Of a stretch of DNA of 43,148 bases, positions 1-7,715 are shown in pieces. Origin of the DNA: Flavobacteriales bacterium (GTDB lineage Bacteria > Bacteroidota > Bacteroidia > Flavobacteriales > UBA7430); NCBI GenBank assembly GCA_029247585.1, contig JAQWKY010000090.1, positions 1 through 43,148 on the forward strand, given 5' to 3'. How positions within the stretch are numbered: position 1 is the stretch's first letter; each line of letters starts with the position of its first letter. The translations under genes and the position numbers were made by a program. The notes beneath the pieces were generated by a model that worked only from the letters and a program-made list of their open reading frames with translations, had not been told where the DNA came from and ran no database searches.

Positions 1-1
1 C

Positions 2-1279
2 CAATACGCCTGCTACACCGGTACTATTTGCAATACCAAGATTACAGGTGTCTGTTCCCGGACATGCAGTTACATCATGAGTACTGTCAGCCCCCGGCTC
101 TGCAAAACCTAGTCCATCTAACTCACTGTAAAGTACTTTTAGATTCGCCTCTGGGACGAACTTAATTACAAAACCTTGTCCGATAGTAAATCGAATTTCG
201 TCGGAAGCCAAGCGCTCTACAATCTTTGCCAAGGCACGTGCTTGAGTCGTTGTAAAGTCTCCCGTAAGAAGTCTTACATTTACCGCAAAGTAGCCCTCTT
301 GCTTTTGAGCAATCACATTACTTTTAAACCACTTATCGTATGCTTCGGCGTCAACATCTACAGCAACGGCTTCGGTTAAAGGCTCCGGTCTTTTAGTCTC
401 TTCATAAGCCTCGTGATCTATGTGAAAAGTTTTATATTTTAAAGCTTTACGCTCTAACTCTACCAATCTTTGAAACTCTTCAACACCAATCTTTTTCACC
501 AAGTACTTTAAGCGTGCTTTGTTTCTTCGGGCTCTTTCACCGTGTTTGTCAAATACACGTACCAGTGCTTCACTATAAGGAATAATCGCATCTTCCGGAA
601 GGAAATCGTAAACCGACTGAGCTAGGTAAGGCTGAGCACCCAAACCTCCTGCAATTACCACTTTAAATCCGCGTTGCTCTACATTATCAATAATCTTTGT
701 TTTGGCAATAAACCCAATGTCGTGAATGAAGGTGTAAGCGCTGTCTTCTTCGTTTGATGAAAAGGCAATTTTCACCTTACGCCCCATCTCTTGAGAGATA
801 GGGTTTCTCAAGAAGAAATCAAACATAGCGTGTGCGTACGGACTCACATCAAACGGTTCGTTTTTATCGACTCCGGCTAAAGCAGAAGCGGTAATATTTC
901 TTACCGTATTTCCACAAGCTTCACGCAAGGTAACATCATCTTTTTCGAGCTCTGCCCACAGTTGTGGTGTTCTATCCAAACTCACGTAATGAATTTGAAT
1001 ATCTTGACGTGTGGTAATGTGAAGTTTTCCTGTTGAATATTCATCCGCTACGTCGGCAATTCTAAGTAACTGGTTCACTTTTGTCTTTCCGTAAGGAAGC
1101 TTAATCCGGATCATTTGCACACCAGATTGACGCTGCCCATAAACCCCTCTAGCCAACCGAAGACTTCTAAACTTATCTTCGTCTAACTTCCCATCTTTAA
1201 ACAGGTGGATTTTTCTTTCCAGCTCAATAATATCCTTTTCTACTATGGGATTTTCAATTTCAGTTCTAAAACTTTGCAT
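2..1279 (-). CDS. Siroheme/[4Fe-4S] sulfite (nitrite/sulfite) reductase hemoprotein, Bacteroidota type; 3' end runs off the window
   Basis: Not in the ORF track; translated by hand from ATG at 1279: MQSFRTEIENPIVEKDIIELERKIHLFKDGKLDEDKFRSLRLARGVYGQRQSGVQMIRIKLPYG...; also HITTRQDIQIH, LREACGNTVRN, GRKVKIAFS and TACPGTDTCNLGIA motifs of NIR/SIR enzymes. Confidence 0.9.
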   Translation of the reverse strand, partial: MQSFRTEIENPIVEKDIIELERKIHLFKDGKLDEDKFRSLRLARGVYGQRQSGVQMIRIKLPYGKTKVNQLLRIADVADEYSTGKLHITTRQDIQIHYVSLDRTPQLWAELEKDDVTLREACGNTVRNITASALAGVDKNEPFDVSPYAHAMFDFFLRNPISQEMGRKVKIAFSSNEEDSAYTFIHDIGFIAKTKIIDNVEQRGFKVVIAGGLGAQPYLAQSVYDFLPEDAIIPYSEALVRVFDKHGERARRNKARLKYLVKKIGVEEFQRLVELERKALKYKTFHIDHEAYEETKRPEPLTEAVAVDVDAEAYDKWFKSNVIAQKQEGYFAVNVRLLTGDFTTTQARALAKIVERLASDEIRFTIGQGFVIKFVPEANLKVLYSELDGLGFAEPGADSTHDVTACPGTDTCNLGIANSTGVAGVL

Positions 1280-1309
1280 GCTATTTGGGGGTTTAGTGTT
1301 TTTGGGTAT

Positions 1310-1340
1310 AAAAAAAAACCTTTCGATGAGGAAAGGCTTT
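1310..1340 (-). terminator. Intrinsic terminator (attenuator) in the reductase leader
   Basis: mRNA AAAGCCUUUC-CUCAUC-GAAAGGUUUU followed by more U's; ends about 30 nt before the reductase ATG. Confidence 0.85.
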
Positions 1341-1363
1341 GTATATCTATGATTTCTTGTTTG

Positions 1364-1474
1364 TCATGAGCATATATCTAACCTTTCGTTTTGTGTACAA
1401 CAACACATTACATAACAGGCACAACAATTCATCATTGCGTTGTTCTGGTTAGTGTATGTATTTGAATTTTTCAT
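1364..1474 (-). CDS. Cys/Met-rich leader peptide 2 (36 aa, MKNSNTYTNQNNAMMNCCACYVMCCCTQNERLDICS)
   Basis: ATG 1474, TGA 1364-1366; 7 Cys and 3 internal Met codons; directly upstream of a terminator and a sulfur-assimilation gene. Confidence 0.85.
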   Translation of the reverse strand: MKNSNTYTNQNNAMMNCCACYVMCCCTQNERLDICS

Positions 1475-1524
1475 GCTGTTGGTTTGTATGGGTAATTTTG
1501 AGTCTGCTTAAATGAAGGTTCACC

Positions 1525-1611
1525 TTAGCAACAACAGCAAGCTGCCTGTGTGGATACACAAGCTGATCTAGAAAGATCATTCGATAGGGCTAAAAAAGTA
1601 ACTTTGTTCAT
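1525..1611 (-). CDS. Poly-Cys leader peptide 1 (28 aa, MNKVTFLALSNDLSRSACVSTQAACCCC)
   Basis: ATG 1611, four consecutive Cys codons (TGC TGT TGT TGC) immediately before TAA 1525-1527. Confidence 0.8.
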   Translation of the reverse strand: MNKVTFLALSNDLSRSACVSTQAACCCC

Positions 1612-1650
1612 CACTTTTAGGGTCTGTAAAGAATTGTTAAAAACTTTTTG

Positions 1651-1683
1651 TAAATATACAACCATAATCGACTATAAAACAAA
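1651..1683 (-). promoter_or_regulatory. Putative Bacteroidota sigma-ABfr-type promoter for the leader/reductase transcript
   Basis: Minus strand TTTG-N21-TATATTTA, one mismatch to the TTTG-N19-21-TAnnTTTG consensus, 40 nt upstream of leader 1. Confidence 0.5.
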
Positions 1684-1858
1684 CTATTTTTTGATTATTT
1701 TAAAATAAATCGCCTAACCGCACTGTAAGAGGCGCCATTTGCTTGTGGGAAATTCTTATTCACACGCCCTAAATATTAGAAACTTAACAACAAATACATA
1801 TATGGAGTTAATTCAATAATATTGTTTATATTTAATAGATGATATAATTAAATTTTCG

Positions 1859-4393
1859 ATGAACTATTTATGGGTAATACTGTTGTTTGCAAGTCCTTTG
1901 AATGCCCAATTTGCAGATGATTTTTCTGATGGCAATTTCAAAAAAAACCCGCCCTGGCAAGGCATAGAAGAACATTTTGAGATAGATGATAAAAACAGAT
2001 TGCACTTAAATGCGCCCAGAGAAAGTGGGGCTTCCTACTTAAGGACAAAGACTGAGCTGTTAGAAAATGCCTCATGGGAAATGTCCCTGACATTAGAGTT
2101 CAATCCCTCCTCATCAAACTATGTAGACTGGTATTTAATGGCGAATGATTCGGTGTTAAAGAATTCCACAAAAGCCTATTTTGTTCGAATTGGAGGTGCT
2201 CTGGACGAGGTTTCACTTTACCGTAAAACCAACGAAGAAGAAATTAAACTTATTGATGGCTTGAATAAGCGCATTGATAGCAATCCTGTGAATCTGCGCC
2301 TAAAAGCCACACAAACCCTAGATGGGCACTGGAGTTTATGGATAGATGCATTGGAGGGAAAGGGCTGGGTTTTGGAAGGTGATGTAAGAGACTTTGAAGT
2401 TCGTGAAACGAGTTACTCAGGCGTCCATTGTGTATACACTTCCACGCGTAGTAATCGATTTTATTTTGATGATTTTATCCTTGAGGGCACGCTCTTCATA
2501 GATAGCATTCCTCCGAAACTAATTGCATCTTCAATCGTAAAAGAAAATACAATCCAACTGAATTTTGATGCTGAAGATCTTAGTCTTCCCTCTTTGAGTC
2601 ACTACAAATTAACCCCCCAATCAGTACGACCCAAACAAGTTCTACAAACCGGAACTAAAATAATCCTCATCTTTGAAAATGCACTTCCAAGTAACGAGCA
2701 TTTTCAACTCAAAATAAGCGGTATATCAGACACTTTGGGCAATCTAATGGCAGATACACTTCTCAACTTTTACAGACAGAAACATCAACAATTCGACCTC
2801 GTCATACATGAGATCATGATGAATCCAGAGCCTACTGTTCAATTGCCAAACGTGGAATATATTGAACTCTTCAATCGTGCTAATTATGCGCTAAATATCA
2901 AAGGTTGGCAAGTAAAAACAAATAGCTCGGTACGGACAATTCCGGAGGTTACTCTCGAAGCTAATGAATACCTCCTACTGATGAACCCGGAAGATTTGTA
3001 TGCTTTTAACAATGCTTTAAAACGCCCTCTGAGCCCATGGGTATACTTAGGCAACACCGAAGGCTATATAGGCCTTTTGGACGAGAAAGGGGCAATCATC
3101 CACGAGGTCCAATACCATAAATCATGGATTCAAAACTCGAATAAAGAACGAGGGGGTTGGTCACTAGAAATGATTGACCCAAAGCATTACTGTGCTGGAA
3201 AAAACAATTGGGGGGCCTGTAAAAACCAAGTCGGCGGAACACCTGGATATTCAAACAGTATAGAAGAAAATAAACTCGATAGTAACCGTGTACATATTAA
3301 AGCGATTGAAGTCATTCAGCAAAATGAAATACAATTTAACTGGTCAGAAAATCTGTACGACTCGACACTTTTCAAAATCGACTACACCTACTTTCATCCC
3401 GAAATTAGTGTTCATAGCATCCACCATATGAGGAACAAAACCTTTGTTGAATTTACAGACAATTTGGAAGAAGGGAAAAGCTATTTATTTAACCCAAGTA
3501 AACTCAAAGACTGCTACAACAATGAAATAGGGCAACACGAACTAGAATTTATAAAAGGGGCCTGGCCCAAAGTAGGCTCCATTTACCTCAATGAATTATT
3601 GTTTAACCCCAAGGTAGGAGGTTATGACTATGTGGAACTTTACAACGCCTCAGAAGAATACGTGGACCTTTCCAAACTTTACCTTGGAAATTACGACAGC
3701 CTTTTTAATGACATTACAAATACAGAGCGCATCAGCTTAAGGCCCATCAACTTTCCGCCAAAGGCCTACCTTGCTTTGTGTGAAAGCAAAGATTGGATTG
3801 AATCAAATTACAAAACAAATGAGCATCTGTTTTTTCTTGAGGTCGATCAGCTTCCGAACCTCCCTAATAAAAAAGGAAGTATCGCCTTGAGTAATCTGGC
3901 TTATGAAATTATCGACAAGTATTCCTACCATGAAGACAGTCATTTCTCTCGATTAGAGTCCGTAAAAGGGGTTGCTCTTGAAAGGTTAAATCCTTCGTCA
4001 GAAGAATGGTTCTCGGCATCATCGACTGAAAATTACGGCACTCCCGGTAGAAAAAACTCACAATTCACTTACTCAGTGCCGAGCAAAACAAAATTAGAAA
4101 TCGTACCCGACGTTTTTACCCCCAATTTGGATGGCAAAGAAGACTTCACAAACATCACATTAGTGCCAAAAAATCCGGTGAAGACAAACATCCGTATTTA
4201 CAATAAAAAAGGATTAGAAGTCCGAAAAATCTGTCAATCGGAATTGATCACTCAGAAAACAAGCTGGATTTGGGATGGGTTGGACGAAGAGAGTCTCGAC
4301 CTACCGATGGGCATTTATATGATTGTTGTTGAATTGTGGGCATCGAAAGGCAAGCCCGAGTATTTAAAGCACCCTGTAGTTATACATTACTAA
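1859..4393 (+). CDS. Secreted lamin-tail-domain protein with T9SS type B (CHU_C / gliding-motility-associated) C-terminal domain
   Basis: Signal peptide; two LTD-like motifs (IHEIMMNPEP..EYIELFN and LNELLFNPK..DYVELYN); C-terminal VFTPNLDGKED..WDG..LPMGIY. Confidence 0.75.
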   Translation: MNYLWVILLFASPLNAQFADDFSDGNFKKNPPWQGIEEHFEIDDKNRLHLNAPRESGASYLRTKTELLENASWEMSLTLEFNPSSSNYVDWYLMANDSVLKNSTKAYFVRIGGALDEVSLYRKTNEEEIKLIDGLNKRIDSNPVNLRLKATQTLDGHWSLWIDALEGKGWVLEGDVRDFEVRETSYSGVHCVYTSTRSNRFYFDDFILEGTLFIDSIPPKLIASSIVKENTIQLNFDAEDLSLPSLSHYKLTPQSVRPKQVLQTGTKIILIFENALPSNEHFQLKISGISDTLGNLMADTLLNFYRQKHQQFDLVIHEIMMNPEPTVQLPNVEYIELFNRANYALNIKGWQVKTNSSVRTIPEVTLEANEYLLLMNPEDLYAFNNALKRPLSPWVYLGNTEGYIGLLDEKGAIIHEVQYHKSWIQNSNKERGGWSLEMIDPKHYCAGKNNWGACKNQVGGTPGYSNSIEENKLDSNRVHIKAIEVIQQNEIQFNWSENLYDSTLFKIDYTYFHPEISVHSIHHMRNKTFVEFTDNLEEGKSYLFNPSKLKDCYNNEIGQHELEFIKGAWPKVGSIYLNELLFNPKVGGYDYVELYNASEEYVDLSKLYLGNYDSLFNDITNTERISLRPINFPPKAYLALCESKDWIESNYKTNEHLFFLEVDQLPNLPNKKGSIALSNLAYEIIDKYSYHEDSHFSRLESVKGVALERLNPSSEEWFSASSTENYGTPGRKNSQFTYSVPSKTKLEIVPDVFTPNLDGKEDFTNITLVPKNPVKTNIRIYNKKGLEVRKICQSELITQKTSWIWDGLDEESLDLPMGIYMIVVELWASKGKPEYLKHPVVIHY

Positions 4394-4424
4394 AAAGCGA
4401 CCCAAAAAAAAGAAAACAAAAAAA

Positions 4425-4521
4425 GGGCAAGCTACTTAAATCACAGTGCTCAACCCTCTACCCTTGCTGCGTTCCCGCCCTGGGGGAATTCGAGGGGAGC
4501 GACTTGTCTAAGACTTGCCCC
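4425..4521 (-). ncRNA. ffs: Signal recognition particle RNA (small 4.5S type)
   Basis: Long hairpin closed by GGGCAAG...CUUGCCC, with domain IV-like CCAGG-GCG-GGAA-CGC-AGCAAGG; U-run at 3' end; TATCTTTG -7 element at 4525-4532. Confidence 0.9.
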
Positions 4522-4591
4522 GCGCAAAGATACGATTCTTTGGATTTTGACGACCTAAACTTTGGAAATTTTATCGGCCTTGGCAAGCAAT

Positions 4592-4624
4592 AAAAAATCC
4601 CTTTTCCGATTCGGAAAAGGGATT
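4592..4624 (-). terminator. Intrinsic terminator of glyQS
   Basis: Perfect 13-bp stem AATCCCTTTTCCG/CGGAAAAGGGATT with U-run on the minus strand. Confidence 0.85.
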
Positions 4625-4648
4625 GAATGTATCATCTCAAAAATAAGC

Positions 4649-6190
4649 TTAACACTTAGCTAAATTGTGACGTATGCTTACGGATTGATCGATGATGTCT
4701 CGAACGGCATCTATGGGCACCCGTTCTTGTTCCATACTGTCTCTGTGGCGAATGGTCACACAATTGTCCTTTGCCGAATCATTATCCACCGTAATACAGA
4801 AAGGAGTTCCATTCGCATCTTGCCGACGATAACGGCGTCCAATAGAATCTTTTTCTTCAATCACACAATTGAATTCTAATTTCAATTCATCGTATAATTT
4901 TCGAGCCAATTCCGGAAGGCCGTCCTTTTTTGTCAAGGGTAAAATAGCCGCCTTTACCGGAGCTAAAACTGGAGGTAAAGCCAACACAACTCGCGTATCG
5001 TTGTCACCTACTGTTTCCTCACGGTATGCATTGCACATGGTCAATAAGAACATTCGGTCCACACCAATAGAGGTTTCAACCACATAAGGGGTGTAACTTT
5101 CATTGATTTCAGGATCGAAATACTGAACCTTTCTACCTGAGTATTCCTGATGCGCTTTTAGATCGAAGTCGGTACGTGAGTGTATGCCTTCTACCTCTTT
5201 AAATCCAAATGGGAATTGGTATTCTATATCGGCGGCGGCGTTGGCATAATGCGCCAACTTCTCGTGATCGTGAAAACGGTATTTCTCCGCTTCCACCCCT
5301 AAAGATAAATGCCATTTATGGCGTGCCTCTTTCCAATGCTCGTACCATTTCATTTCTTCACCAGGGCGAACAAAAAATTGCATTTCCATTTGCTCAAATT
5401 CACGCATGCGGAAGATAAACTGACGCGCCACAATTTCGTTACGGAACGCCTTACCAATTTGTGCAATACCAAACGGGACTTTCATACGTGCCGTTTTCTG
5501 AACATTCAAAAAGTTCACAAAAATCCCCTGCGCCGTTTCCGGACGCAGCCACAGATCACTCGAACCATCGGCGGTAGCACCCATTTTAGTTCCAAACATC
5601 AGATTAAACTGACGAACATCGGTCCAATTAGCGGTCCCGGAGATCGGGCATTTTATTTCTAACTCTTCAATCAGCGCTTTTACATCTTCCAAATCTTCTT
5701 TTTCTAAGCTTCCATTCAGACGCTTGGAAATAGCCGCCATCTTTTCCTTGTAACCCAAAACTCTTGGATTCGTTTCTAAAAACTGAGCCTTATCAAAAGC
5801 CTCACCAAAACGCTTGGCAGCCTTCTTTACTTCTTTGGCAATTTTACCTTCAATCTTTGCGATGAAATCCTCTACCAAAACGTCTGCTCTATAGCGCTTC
5901 TTGGAATCCTTGTTGTCTATCAAGGGATCATTAAATGCGTCTACGTGTCCTGAAGCTTTCCAAATCGTAGGGTGCATGAAAATTGCAGAATCGATGCCGA
6001 CAATGTTTTCATTCATCTTCACCATAGATGCCCACCAATATTCCTTGATGTTTTTCTTGAGCTCTGATCCGTTTGATCCGTAGTCATAAACAGCTGCTAA
6101 ACCATCGTATAATTCACTCGATTGAAAAACGTATCCGTACTCCTTAGAGTGCGCGATTACTTTCTTAAAAATGTCTTGTTGATTTGCCAT
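4649..6190 (-). CDS. glyQS: Glycine--tRNA ligase (homodimeric alpha2 type)
   Basis: LRPETAQGIF, FRNEI..FIFRMREFEQME, VVETSIGVDR and anticodon-binding domain; start reassigned to ATG 6190 (MANQQ). Confidence 0.95.
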   Translation of the reverse strand: MANQQDIFKKVIAHSKEYGYVFQSSELYDGLAAVYDYGSNGSELKKNIKEYWWASMVKMNENIVGIDSAIFMHPTIWKASGHVDAFNDPLIDNKDSKKRYRADVLVEDFIAKIEGKIAKEVKKAAKRFGEAFDKAQFLETNPRVLGYKEKMAAISKRLNGSLEKEDLEDVKALIEELEIKCPISGTANWTDVRQFNLMFGTKMGATADGSSDLWLRPETAQGIFVNFLNVQKTARMKVPFGIAQIGKAFRNEIVARQFIFRMREFEQMEMQFFVRPGEEMKWYEHWKEARHKWHLSLGVEAEKYRFHDHEKLAHYANAAADIEYQFPFGFKEVEGIHSRTDFDLKAHQEYSGRKVQYFDPEINESYTPYVVETSIGVDRMFLLTMCNAYREETVGDNDTRVVLALPPVLAPVKAAILPLTKKDGLPELARKLYDELKLEFNCVIEEKDSIGRRYRRQDANGTPFCITVDNDSAKDNCVTIRHRDSMEQERVPIDAVRDIIDQSVSIRHNLAKC

Positions 6191-6306
6191 AGCTGCAAAA
6201 GTAATAAATAGTATGATATGACCGAGAGGTGTTTGGCTAAGTTCATGGATTAACACCAGGCCCTGATAAAACAATACCTCAGAAAGGTTCGGTCAAGACG
6301 AAAAGA

Positions 6307-7281
6307 TTATTTTTTACGATCGATGACGTATTTTATAAGCGCTTGTAAAGAGGTTTTGGCCTCGGAATCAGGCATCTCAGAAATGATTTCTACAGCCTTT
6401 GCTTGATAAGCATACATCTTTTCCTCAGCGTATTTTAGCCCTCCACTTTGGCGAACGAAATCAATGACTTCCTTTACTTTTTTCGGATTGTTGTGATGTC
6501 TTTTGATGATATTGATGATCTGCCTACGTGTACTTTTATCACATTGCTGAAGTGCAAAAATAAGGGGCAAGGTCATCTTTTGTTCCTTAATATCGATCCC
6601 CACAGGCTTACCAATCAGTCCTTGTTTTTGGTAGTCAAAAAGGTCGTCTTTAATTTGGAAGGCAATTCCAATCGCCTCACCAAAATCCCACATCTTTTGA
6701 ATTTGTTCTTCATCTTTTGTTACGGAAGAACATCCGACAGCACAACAAGCAGCGATCAATGAGGCGGTTTTCTTACGAATAATTTCATAGTAAACCTCTT
6801 CAACAATATCCAATCGTCTGGCTTTCTCAATCTGTAATAATTCTCCCTCACTCATTTCTTCAACTGCACGAGAAGTAAGCTTTAGAAGGTGAAAGTCTTC
6901 ATTTTTTACCGCCAGTAATAAGCCTTTGGAGAGTAAAAAGTCGCCAACCAAAACAGCGATCTTATTTTTCCATAGCGCATTGATCGAAAAAAATCCGCGA
7001 CGCATATTGGCATCATCAACAACATCATCATGAACTAAGGTTGCCGTATGTAAAAGCTCGATCATTGAGGCTCCACGAAAAGTACTCTCATTCATCTCGC
7101 CACATAATTTAGCAGATAGAAAAACAAACATCGGTCGCATTTGTTTCCCCTTACGCTTTACGATGTAATTTGTGATCTTATCCAATAAAGGCGTTTTACT
7201 CGCCATCGAAGCTTTGAACTTGGACTCAAAAGAGTCCATTTCATTTTTTATTGGAGCTTTTATTTGATCGATAACCGACAT
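6307..7281 (-). CDS. Polyprenyl diphosphate synthase (IspB-like)
   Basis: GKQMRP, LVHDDVVD and FQIKDDLFD aspartate-rich motifs; start ATG 7281. Confidence 0.9.
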   Translation of the reverse strand: MSVIDQIKAPIKNEMDSFESKFKASMASKTPLLDKITNYIVKRKGKQMRPMFVFLSAKLCGEMNESTFRGASMIELLHTATLVHDDVVDDANMRRGFFSINALWKNKIAVLVGDFLLSKGLLLAVKNEDFHLLKLTSRAVEEMSEGELLQIEKARRLDIVEEVYYEIIRKKTASLIAACCAVGCSSVTKDEEQIQKMWDFGEAIGIAFQIKDDLFDYQKQGLIGKPVGIDIKEQKMTLPLIFALQQCDKSTRRQIINIIKRHHNNPKKVKEVIDFVRQSGGLKYAEEKMYAYQAKAVEIISEMPDSEAKTSLQALIKYVIDRKK

Positions 7282-7405
7282 GAAGGCCAAATGTAATAAT
7301 AATTGTCCTTTTGACTTCGTGTAAAATAAATTATTGGTGGGCTTATGGATGAAAAAATTACGTAAATTACAGAGACCTTCCGGTAACTGTCAGGATTATC
7401 TATTA

Positions 7406-7521
7406 TCATCCTAAGCTTTTCGACGGGTGAGTATGCCGTTCTTCGACAGGCTCAGAGTGACATGCTTTTTTATCATTAATCATCCTGCACCTTCAATTGT
7501 CATCCTGAACTTGTCGAAGGA
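7406..7521. repeat. Cluster of REP/REPIN-like palindromic units
   Basis: TCATCCTAAGCTTTTCGACGG (7406-7426), inverted CTTCGACAGGCTCAGAGTGACA (7441-7462), TGTCATCCTGAACTTGTCGAAGGA (7498-7521). Confidence 0.65.
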
Positions 7522-7715
7522 TAAGACAACTTAATGAAAAGCAAAACTTTTGACTGCATGACTGCACGACAATTACTTTTTCTGCTAGTCCGCTTGTTTA
7601 CCACAAAACAATTTTATGGGCTTTTGTCTTGATGCAAAAGGACGTAAATAGGTTTGCGAAAGCAAACAATTTATTTGCCGAAGGAAACTTTTAGGTACCG
7701 AAACGGACTAGCAGA

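Noticed and set aside
176-379. 67-aa plus-strand ORF
   Set aside because: Antisense shadow of the sulfite reductase CDS.
1555-1600. Possible SAM-II riboswitch (GCTGAT...GCTAAAAAAG)
   Set aside because: The resemblance is on the plus strand, opposite to the reductase, and the P1/pseudoknot pairings are missing. The minus strand is explained by uORF1.
1364-1611. Cys-rich short ORFs as RiPP precursors or metallothioneins
   Set aside because: No modifying enzymes or transporters in view, though the left flank is truncated. Position in the leader of a sulfite reductase and the terminator/antiterminator geometry fit attenuation better.
4336-4593. 85-aa ORF
   Set aside because: Antisense to the SRP RNA, with no protein features.
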